64,000 nt of DNA, taken from NCBI GenBank assembly GCA_964252035.1, contig OZ176212.1; one strand, written 5' to 3'. Origin of the DNA: Podarcis erhardii. Its lineage: Eukaryota. This document shows, piece by piece, positions 35,001-43,800 of the stretch. Each line of letters begins with the position of its first letter. Within the stretch, counting starts at the first letter, position 1. A model generated the notes under the pieces. The model did no database searches. It was given only the letters and a program-made list of their open reading frames with translations, and was not told the DNA's origin. Made by a program: the position numbers and the translations under genes.

Positions 35001-36105
35001 ATTGCACCCTGAAGGTCCCCACCCCCATTGTGGGGACCTTACGTTTCTGGAAGTCCCGGAGGGTGAATGGGGCCGGCCTGAGTTTGGGACCCCCAGTAGG
35101 ACACAGTTTCCTTAAGGTCCTTGCCGAGATTATGGATAGAGTTGAACCCGTGTCAAGCTCCATGCGGCATGGGGCCCCCTCTATCTGTACCTCTACATAA
35201 ATTTTCTCTACGTTGGGGTGGGGCAACTGGTATACCTGGAAGTCTGTGAGCTCCGTCGAGTTGCCTTGGTGCGTTGGGCCCCGGGACCTGGGGCTCTTGG
35301 ATTGGTCATCTGATGCCTGGCTTTGGGTGGGCCGAGCCCGACACACCCAGGCGATGTGTCCCAATTTTCTGCACTGCCTGCACTCTGCGTTGCGGAAACG
35401 GCAGGTCCTCCTCTCGTGACTTTCTCCACAGCTTGCGCAGTTCCCTCCTTCTCGTCGAGGCAGCTGTGGTATGTGGGCTGCTTGAGTGCGCTGCTGTACT
35501 CGGTGCACCTCCTCCCTGTCGGATCCCGAGTCGTTGGTGAGGTCTTCGTGGTGGACCCTCGGTTGGGACGGCTGGCTCAGCCGTGCCTCTTGCGTCGACC
35601 TCTCAGCAGCTTCCGTTGCCAGGGCCTCCTCCAGAGCGACCTGGAACGTTAGGTTCTTCTTAGCGTAGAGGCGTCGTTGCAGCTTCTCATCCTTCAGGCC
35701 ACCGACGAGGCGGTCACGAAGCATGTTCTCCAGCTCTGAGAAGTTGCAGAACCGGGCAGCTTGGCGGAGAGAGGTCACAAACCCAGTTATGGTTTCCCCA
35801 GGGGCTTGCCGCTTTGCGTAGAAGGCATTTCGACGAGCCACCACTGAGGGCTGTGGCGAAAAGTGCCCCTTCAGCTGTTCCATTATTGTTTTGTATGGAA
35901 CAGTAGCGACGTCTTCAGGCGCAAGGAGAGCCCGGGCGATTTCAAATGTCTCCTCTCCGCAGACGCTGAAGAATATTGCCCTCTTCTTGGCGTCTTCTTC
36001 ATCGGTGACCCCTTTGGCTTCTAGGAGGAAGGTGAAACGGGAGGCGTACGCTTCCCAGTCTCCAGATTCTGGGTTGAATGGCGAGAAGCTGCTGTCAGTT
36101 GCCAT
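32038..36105 (-). CDS. Gag-Pol polyprotein, 1355 aa
   Basis: Two zinc knuckles (CASCGESHERRTC, CRQCRKLGHIAWVC), protease LDTGS, RT (LDLAQAYQQL, FGVSVAPGIFQ, FFDD), RNase H (CDASPYG, TDHKPL, ADALSRL), integrase HHCC and D-D-E (LHVDF, SDNG, AERMV), SH3-like C-terminal domain; no stops or frameshifts. Confidence 0.98.
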   Translation of the reverse strand: MATDSSFSPFNPESGDWEAYASRFTFLLEAKGVTDEEDAKKRAIFFSVCGEETFEIARALLAPEDVATVPYKTIMEQLKGHFSPQPSVVARRNAFYAKRQAPGETITGFVTSLRQAARFCNFSELENMLRDRLVGGLKDEKLQRRLYAKKNLTFQVALEEALATEAAERSTQEARLSQPSQPRVHHEDLTNDSGSDREEVHRVQQRTQAAHIPQLPRREGGNCASCGESHERRTCRFRNAECRQCRKLGHIAWVCRARPTQSQASDDQSKSPRSRGPTHQGNSTELTDFQVYQLPHPNVEKIYVEVQIEGAPCRMELDTGSTLSIISARTLRKLCPTGGPKLRPAPFTLRDFQKRKVPTMGVGTFRVQYRGRTRQLDLLVVKGPYISLLGLAWFGPLGLAITGVNHMSLQVDVDAICKEFPGVFDGKLGQYTGPPIALQLDPAVRPVRLKARRVPFALKPRIDEELDRLVEQGVLEPVPNAPWETPIVTPVKPNGSVRICADYKCTINKALMAHAYPVPVVSHVLATLAGSKIFGKLDLAQAYQQLPVDEATAEAQTIVTHRGAFRVKRLQFGVSVAPGIFQNLMDSLLKGIPGVTPFFDDVLIAGPTPEEFEDRLRTVLHRFQMAGLKVKREKCLLGVSQVDFLGFMVDAEGVHPTGDKVRAICDAPAPKNKTELQAFLGLLNFYHSFLPHKAAVAEPLHRLLDKRAPWVWGQRQEAAFQAVKDLLVSNSVLAHFDERLPVVLACDASPYGIGAVLGHQLPDGREVPVAYFSQTLNETERNYSQIDKEGLAIVKGVKKFHDFLYGRPFTVVTDHKPLLGLFAPEKQTPQVLSPRVLRWSIFLASYQYALIHRPGKAMGHADALSRLPLPETGPDPAPAQEVMSLELLPDRPIQAQEVAHHSKKDRVISRVLDWVWRGWPSRTPGPEFAGYTTRKHELSAHKGCLLWGSRVVVPQPLRKRVLTALHETHPGVVRMKALARSYVWWPGIDGEIEAWVKHCQACQESRPDPPRAPVQSWESARAPWSRLHVDFAGPFQGKTFFIVVDSYTKWLEVALVPSTSTSAAIRVLRRLFATHGLPDTLVSDNGTAFTSGEFQTFTVQNAIRHIRSAPFHPATNGQAERMVRTTKDTLRRMTQGDWEYRLATFLLAQHSTPSSTTGRSPAELLMGRRLAIRLDRLHPDRAQDEVVVGEGRNPRTFEAQDPVYAKNFGAGPAWVPATVTRVTGPVSYEVLTDGGQCWRRHCDQIRRRFPGENQEEEDRSEESQGNSGAVRPIEQQGQAGEAESVNTERTREAERTPEPEPRLSEPVAPDQTAPSLEHEPEPEPRTREHPRPQRTRRPPAYLEDYECDLPGRTGT

Positions 36106-36211
36106 TCTGAGTTCCTTGTGTCCCGGAGCTGAAGCCTGGATACACGGTGCGAGGCAGCGGTGCGGCAGGTGGCGGTGCTGCGGTGCTGTGTGTGGCAGTC
36201 AGCTCAGCGGG

Positions 36212-36229
36212 ATCCCACCTTCGTCGCCA
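36212..36229 (-). other. Primer-binding site, tRNA-Ser(GCT)-type
   Basis: Minus strand TGGCGACGAAGGTGGGAT, 1 nt inside the 5' LTR; complementary to the remembered vertebrate tRNA-Ser(GCT) 3' end ...ATCCCAYCYTCGTCG-CCA. Confidence 0.85.
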
Positions 36230-36230
36230 G

Positions 36231-36596
36231 TGAAATATACTCAGAGTCGCAAAGTGATTTCATGCTCTTTATTCAGCTCATAGTGGTGAGGAGGAATGAA
36301 TGCCCCCTCAAAGTATCTGCTTTATATACATTATTTACACAATGGGCTGCACATGATTGGCTAATTCCAGGATTCTACTGTAGGCCAATCAGGTTGTGGA
36401 TTCACTTCTATCTGGAGCATGATTGGGTGGTTCCTGCTAACCAATCATACTGCTGCATTGTTCTAGGACCAATCAGACTGCTGCATTCTGAATCCTATTG
36501 TTCTAGGACCAATCAGACTGCTGCCTTTTGGAGCCTATTGTTCTAGGACCAATCAGACTGCTGCAGTTTGGATCCTATTCAACTCAGTACATAACA
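36231..36596 (-). repeat. 5' LTR, 366 bp
   Basis: Minus-strand TATA (TATATAAA, ~36321-36328), AATAAA (36268-36273), three 40-bp tandem units, seven CCAAT/ATTGG. Confidence 0.97.
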
Positions 36597-36649
36597 ATGT
36601 TATACCGCTCGATTGCAGAAAAACACACACCCTCAAAGGGCACTTCACT

Positions 36650-36768
36650 AGTTGCAAAGTTGGAAAAAGACCACAAGGGACATCTATAGCTCAAACCCTG
36701 CAATGCAGCAATCGAACCCACGACCCTGATATTAAGATTCCCATGCTCTACCGACTGAGCTATCAAGC
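36650..36768 (-). mobile_element. tRNA-Lys-derived SINE with CR1-like tail, degenerate
   Basis: TAGCTCAGTCGGTAGAGCATGGGAATCTTAATATCAGGGTCGTGGGTTCGA closely follows tRNA-Lys(CTT), then CTGCATTGCAGGG...TTCCAACT in place of an acceptor stem. Confidence 0.75.
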
Positions 36769-36929
36769 GTCTTTCTTAAAATACTGGCAAACTTCCCCAT
36801 AACCAGCAGCCACCGCCCCAGTCCAGCAGCAGGAGAAAGAACACAGCCTCTTTTTCCTAAGGACCCAGAAACACACAGACAACGAAAGGCTGCGCCTACT
36901 CTATATTTGTTGCTCTATATGCTGCCTAG

Positions 36930-37800
36930 GTAGGCGGGCTGACGGCGGCTCGCCTTCCGATTGGCCGCCGCGGCACAGAAGCGCTCGCTCGCTCGCTCGC
37001 TCGCTCGCGCACCGCCCGCCCCCTCCGTCCGGATTGGCGAGCCGCAAGCCCCGCCTCTTCAGGCGCTCGGCCTCAGAGCGATTGCGCGCAAAGCGGGGAG
37101 GGGCGGAGACAAGACGCGCATGCGCGCAAGCACGCACGCAGCGTAAGGCCCGAGGCTCGCTTTGCCGCCGCTTTCCGTCGAGCGCCTCCCTCAGCGAACC
37201 GGCGTCATGCTGCGGGCCTGTCACCGCGCGGGGAGCACAGCGGCTCAGGTGAGGGGAAGCAGAAAGGCGTGAGGGGGGGGGCGGGAACGAACGGGCGGCG
37301 GGAGCCTCCTCGCGCGCGTGACGGAGGCGAAGGGCGCCCGTGAGCCCGCGCCTGGCCCGTGAGGAGGAGGGAAGACCCGCGAAGGAGCCCATTGGCTGCC
37401 CATATTGGGGGTGGGGGAGCAGCCGGGGGCGTCGGCAGCCGGGACGACTCGCGTGGTTTGTCTTCTTTTCATGAATAAATCCAAGACTACATTTCCCATC
37501 ATGCACTGCGGGACGCTTGGGTCTGGTCTCTATATTTCTATCCGTATCTCTAGCTAGATACGTGGCTGCAAGTCTAACCGGGGCTTTGGTAGTTCTTCAT
37601 TGCCTCAGAGGCGGGCGGAAGAGAGCGAAACCGGAGTCCAAGACACGCTCGTGAGAACGCGTGCTCGCGTGCAGAGGCGGTGCTGTGGATGGGCGCTCCC
37701 AGTTGCCGTAGGGTCGCCACCGGAGAGAGGGCTGCTGGGTCTTGTAGGCTCCTTGGATGTCACCTCTAAACCCAGAAACAGGGCCTCCACGGGTTTCCCT
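36930..37800 (+). promoter_or_regulatory. IMMT CpG-island promoter and first intron
   Basis: CpG-dense; ATTGG boxes near 36960 and 37032, GC box near 37100, NRF1 palindrome GCGCATGCGC at 37116-37125, ZNF143/SBS-type GACTACATTTCCCATCATGCA at 37485-37505. Confidence 0.82.
37207..37248 (+). CDS. IMMT: IMMT exon 1
   Basis: [20 protein letters not shown] donor. Confidence 0.92.
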
Positions 37801-40800
37801 CACTACTTCTTGGGGTTTTCACGTGAAGCAGCGAACTGGCTTCCAGAGGTGTGTCCTTTGGCAAGCAGCGCTGATCCATTATTTTTTTTTAAAGCCGGCA
37901 AGTCCCTTCTCATAGCTGGTAGAAGGACATGACCTTGCTTTAATTATTCTGTGTCCTAAAGATTACACCGTTTAATATCTGCGGCGAAAAGTGTGCTGGA
38001 AAGTCTGCTTCCTCATACATATTAAGCAGGCTTTGGTGGCAGAAAACATTATGCAATTTCTCTTTGTTTTGCAGGCCACAGTGTCAAAAAGAGATTCTAG
38101 GGCTGCGCCTGGTTGCAGAGCAAGGCCTGGCTGCCCCACCTTCTTCTGTCATTATCCATTTAGAGATCTTGAAACTACTATTCTAATTAACTAGTAACAG
38201 TTTTGGAAAGTGTAGTGGCTTTGGAGCTTCATACTTGCTGGGTTTTTCTTCAAAGCTTAAAATTATTTTTTTGCAATCAGGTATACCTACCATTTCTATC
38301 ATGGAACTCAAGGTGGCTTTCAATGATAAAATATACAATGCAAACAGCCCGTGTTTATCATTTAAGAAGCAGCATCCAAAAATGCCTGTTGAAACAAAGT
38401 CTTGCTGGAAAGCATGCAGCAGTTGGGCCAGATAAACTTCTGTCAGGGTAGGTTCTAGATTCTGGACAGCATAACGGCAAAACAAAACAAAAACCCAAAA
38501 TTTTCTTGTGCACACACACCACATTTCTAATGTTTGTGGGGGACTCAGAGCAGGGTCTCAGAGGTAGATCTTAATGCCTGGGGAGTTTCCTTTCTGATGG
38601 GTTATTATTGAAATAAACTGGTCCTAGACTTATGCCTTCTAAAGTTAACAATGATAATTGCACTTTGAATTGAGGCCGGAGACAAATTGGTAACCAGTAA
38701 AGATGACACTGGATCATTATAATATCACACACACACACACACATTTTCTGCGGTAATGTGAATTCAGAGCACCTTATAAGCTTTAAGATAATGGCGAACA
38801 ATAAAACAGTGTACCTGTATTAAAAGGGGAAAAACACATGAAAAAAATGCATCCAAAAGAACAGCTTAAAGTGGTAGTGAAAAAAGACACAATAGCATAC
38901 TTAAAACTTTCCAAGATGTAAGCCCTGCTGAATATAGTGTCATTAACTGCTGAGTAAACATATGTAGGATTATGCCGATGAAGACCTTGCCATAAGAACA
39001 CCCACTGAAATCAGCCCTGTTTTTAACATTCTAAAAATGGACAATGTGGTGTTCCATCAAGCAGTCGGGGTGCCACAATTGAAGAGCCCCACTTGCTCGC
39101 TTATTCCTGCCCACTGAATTCTGGTCTTTAGATTAGTGGAGCAAGAGCTTTGGTGGGTGTTCTTAAAGTGTTCTTTTTGTGAATCCTGTTAGAAAAGGAA
39201 CTCAAAGATGAAGTTGGAATGAAGCCCCAGATTGCTTATTGCAGAGTTGTTCTTTTTTATTTATTTAGAAAGAAGGCAAAAAGGGAAATTCAAAGAGACA
39301 GCTGTGAAAATATCTGGGACTGTGACCAAAGCTGTAATCTTATATGCGCTTAATAGCAGTGAGCCCCATTCAGCATAATGGGTCGTACGTCTGAATAAAT
39401 ATGCATAGGATTGTACTGTAAAACATAGCCAGTTTAGACATACTTTGGTGTAACTCATGTTAAATGTTAGTGGGACTTCTGTAAATGTGCATGTGGCTGC
39501 ATATGTCATTTTGTTGAATTTTCTGATCTTCTCTAGAAAGTACTCAAAATATGTTTTTAAACACTGTAAGTAACTTTCATATGTTTTGCTCTTGCTGTTC
39601 AATTACAAGCTAATCTTACCATCTGGTCTATAATCATTTGTACAGTTCAGCAGAGAGAGAAGTTCAGGCCTGTGCACTATAAAGTTGCATATAACTGAAT
39701 GAATTGTAAAGTGAGATTATTGCATTTCTGTATTCTAGGTTTCTGGGGCACCCTTGGGGTACATTGGGCTGGAAAATACAAGCTATTAAACAACAGAGCT
39801 TAGCGTGCAGAGTAAAAGCCTTCACGCAAATTGACCAAATACTTTATTGTGTGACTATTTTGAAGCCATCAAAGTCTCACAACTATATGCCAATTATGAC
39901 CTTTTGAGCGTGGGTGTTCAAATTCTGGATGCCAATCTGTCTGGCATTTTCAAAATTATGTTTTCAATTGATGGAAACTCCTGAGCTAGGGTGTGTCATG
40001 GAACACAGACTTCCAGAGTTTTCTATTTCCTAACTTCACATATGGTTTTAATGAAGGTTTTGGGCATCTGTTCTTCCTGTGGAAAATCAGAGTTATGCCA
40101 ACACTTGTAAAGCAATATTACAATACTGTGGGGATTTTTTTTTTATTAAAAAAAAGGTTTTTCCACAGAAAGATATTTGCTTGTTAGTGGCAAACCTTTT
40201 TAGATATATTAAAAATGATTGCCAGAATATCAGGGGCATGTGTGAATATTCTATATAACATTGCAGCAGCTCAGTGAAGGGAATTCTAATTTCAGTAAGT
40301 TGTTGCAGTTTTTAGCTAATTAAGTTTTAAAACTAACCTGTGTCTGACTGAATTTAATATTGCTATTAATATTTAGATGCCAATATTTACAACCCACAAT
40401 CCTGCAAGCTTTTTGTGTGTGTATCGATTTAGGTTCTGTAAACTGATTCCAATATTGTTCAGAGTGACTCAATTTATCAATCGTTTTGAAAGAGATCTCT
40501 TGAAAAGAGATAATGTTATATCATGATTGCAAGACTTCTTCTCAATAGTAAATATGGTTCATAAGCTTTTTAAGATCGTGAAATGAGGGATAAAATGTAA
40601 TCTGCTTTGTATAATTTTCAGTTAGCGTGTCTGGATCTGAGGTTACAGTATTTCATGATCTTGCAATGGAGTTAGTTAGATAAATACACTATTCAGTTTG
40701 TTTAAGTGTATTAATGCAACTGTATCAGTAGTCACTTGCTTGGTTACCTGTGGCAAATAAAAATGGCTTCCAGATGACCAGACAAGGTAGTTTTATTAAA

Positions 40801-43800
40801 TAACAAGAACATTAATGGTTGGTGTTCCTTCAGAGTGGGCCACAATTTTCTGTATGGGTATGTGTTGGCAGAAGGGATAATGAGATAATGTTATTTGCAA
40901 GTCTCCTCTTAACAAAAAGCAAAGCCGCAGCAACAGAACAATGATTCTGTGATTCTTTTTGAGCTACGTGGAATGGGCTTGAATGGAGCCATTGTTAATC
41001 ACAAGTTTCTTTTTTTCCCTTTAGACTTGTCTGTGTGGCAGAAGTTCAGTCCGTCCATTACGTCTGGGTCGTGGATATGCTACATCTGGAGAATCTGGGT
41101 AGGTAGATTCATCATCTTTTTAAAAAAAATTAAATCCTCAGTGGGGTATTCCTTTTGCTAGATAAACCAGTGCCTAGCAAAGCATTTTTTGTTCATTGAG
41201 TCAAAAAAGTGAACAATAAATAAAGTGTGAGACTGTCTTTTGCCACAAGTTCGTGCCCCCTCCACATAGATCAGCCAAGGCCATTCTGCACATCATGTCA
41301 CCAGCTGGTGTAGATGTGTGAAAGGAATTTATGTGTGGTGGCTAGATTGTGGAGCTGTGTGGCTTCTGCCCTAATGGGGCTTTGACAGCGCCTGAATACT
41401 ATACCATTATTACTTTAATTACATTTATTTATATCCTGTTCTTCCTCCCAAAGGAGCCCAAGGTGTTAGAGAAAGCCCTTGGGCTTATTAAATGTACAAG
41501 GCTAAACATTTTATTTATTTATTCAATTTATATACCACCCTTTATCAAAGGATCTCTGGGTGGTGTAATGGAATAGAAACTGTAATAGGATCTTCATCTT
41601 ATTTACAACTGTCCTGTCTATCTAAGTGTCTTGTATTAAATCCCTTTCTGCATATCCTGCTTCAGCCTCCTTAATTAAAGGGCCGACATTATTTTAATTG
41701 GCTTAGAAAGTATTAGACAGCTGTAGCTCTAGGTACTGAACATCTGTAATCCTTGATGCTTTCTGACTTGTACTATAATTTTATTGTTGTATATCAGCAT
41801 GGATTTTCTTTTTAAACAGTGTCTCTGCAGGCAAAATCATAGGAGCCAGTGTTTTGTTTGTTGGTGGAGGAGTAGGCGGAACTATTTTATATGCTAAGTA
41901 TGATCCACGCTTCCGAGAAAATGTAGAGAAGACCATCCCTTATTCCAGCAACGTCTTTGACATGGTACTGGGTCCTTCTTTTAGTATTCCAACACCAAAG
42001 AAGCCAGTAAGTTTCTATCCTTGCTTTAATAACACACCTGTCATTTTTCCAATTCTTAAGTTGTGCTTTAGATTTTGCACACTTAATGCCACTGAGAAAT
42101 CTAATTGATTAAAAAGCTGGATATCCTATTCACTGTTCTCAGGCTTCATAACAGTGATTCAACTGCTGGGGTCAGCGTTCTTGTTGTAAGCTTTTCATGG
42201 GTGTACTAAAAGAGGCTGTGATTTAATGGGTTATGAAGATATACTGCCATCTTACTTAAAATGTATGCTGTTTAAAGCTGCGTTTGCACACTTCTATTCC
42301 TGATTCTTTTACTCCTATCAAAATATGTTGGTTAACTGCCACACTTTTATAGCATTATACACCTTTTCATTGGGATAAACTGGTCCTCGAATTGTCAGAT
42401 TCCAGTTCTGAGAGAGTGCTTGCTTATTAGTTTCAGAGAAGACAGGTGCCTTCAGTTCCCCTTGTAGTCTCGTGTTGACAATGAGCGCCCTTTGTGAGTG
42501 CCTTCACATGTGCACACGACCTTTCAGTGTGTTGACATGCTGCGCATTGAAAGAGATAATCTAGCCTTGGGATATGCTGTCACTTTGAAATGTTGTTTCT
42601 CTTCTGCTTTTCTTACACTGCCCCAAACTGCTTCTTCCATCTTGTGCAGGGTGGGATTGATGGGAGTTGTAATTCTGCAAGATCTGGAAGGCCACAAGTT
42701 ATCCACCCCAGTCTAGGAGTTTTGCATAATTAAGTGGTATATCTGTCTTACATGCATTCTTCATAGTATGCAATTCACTGAGATTTCCCCCCCTACTCAC
42801 AGATACAGTCGGGTCCATTGAAAATCTCCTCTGTAACAGAGGTAATGAAAGAATCTAAACAGCCTGCTGCCAAAATTGCAAAGAGTAAAACAGAGGAACC
42901 CTCAGCTGCTAGTGAGAAAAAAGAAGGTAAGATATGATACCTTATAAAAATATGCAGGAGGGGGCTGAGTTGTTTATGAGCAATTTATGATTTGGAACTT
43001 GAAACTACAGTCATACCTTGGAAGTCAAACGGAATCCGTTTCGGAAGTCCGTTTAACTTCCAAAACGTTTGAAAACCAAAGTGCAGCTTCTGATTGGCTG
43101 CAGGATTAAAGAATGTTCCTTTGCAACCTTTCCTTCCAAAAACTCACATACAGTTGCAAAATTCTGCGTTGTGTTCATATGGTGCAGAAAGCATGGCAAT
43201 CTAAATTACTAAATTTTATATCTCACCCTTCCGCCGAAAGAAGCCAAGAAGGCAAACATCTGCAATAAAAATACAATTTAAAAAAAACCATGTAAAACAT
43301 TGTAAAAGCATTAAAAACTTCTAAAAACACAATGAAACATGTAACCAAATCATCAATCTAGATAAGCACATTGAAAAAAAAAACGTTTTCAGCAGGCGGT
43401 TCTTCTTGACACCTGTATTAAATAATTCATCCGTCTACAGTATTGACTCAGTATAGAAAATGAGGCCTGTACTGGTGTAAAGACTCCCATATCACCACCA
43501 TCCATTTATGGAACAATTGAGAGAGATATAAGCCAGTTAATTTGGACATTCACTTTTAATTTATGCCCAGCTGATCTGTTTATAGCCTGGTGAGATTGAC
43601 ATGTGCTTGGCAAAATTGGAAGGGTTGTGGTCAGCATGGCATTTATCTTCATTTGAGGTGGGAATGCCCCCAGGTAGAAAGATTTCGCGATGAGATACTA
43701 AAGAGATCAGGATTGTAACTGGACAAACAACTGTTGAAACAGGAAAAAGAATGTTTTTTCATTGTTTTATCTGTGGGTGGGTGATTATAGTACTTACAGA

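Larger units (their letters stand above)
31662..36596 (-). mobile_element. Full-length Ty3/Gypsy LTR retrotransposon (Mag-like), 4935 bp
   Basis: TG...CA LTRs of 366 bp, 5-bp TSD ATGTT (31657-31661 and 36597-36601), PBS, PPT, single gag-pol ORF with PR-RT-RH-IN order. Confidence 0.98.

Noticed and set aside
35225-35245. Splice donor at the gag/protease boundary (CAG|GTATAC, minus strand)
   Set aside because: Weak donor with no partner acceptor identified; needs RNA evidence.
36457-36580. CRISPR-like 40-bp periodic repeat
   Set aside because: Eukaryotic LTR U3 tandem units with no unique spacers, duplicated in both LTRs.
36700-36768. tRNA-Lys(CTT) gene
   Set aside because: Acceptor and anticodon stems do not pair and the 3' side continues into a CR1-like tail, so it is a SINE head rather than a tRNA gene.
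36596-36768. Ty3-like targeting of the Gypsy element to a Pol III promoter
   Set aside because: tRNA-derived SINEs occur every few kb here, so proximity is expected by chance; the flanks suggest insertion into a decayed AT-rich LINE-tail-like tract.
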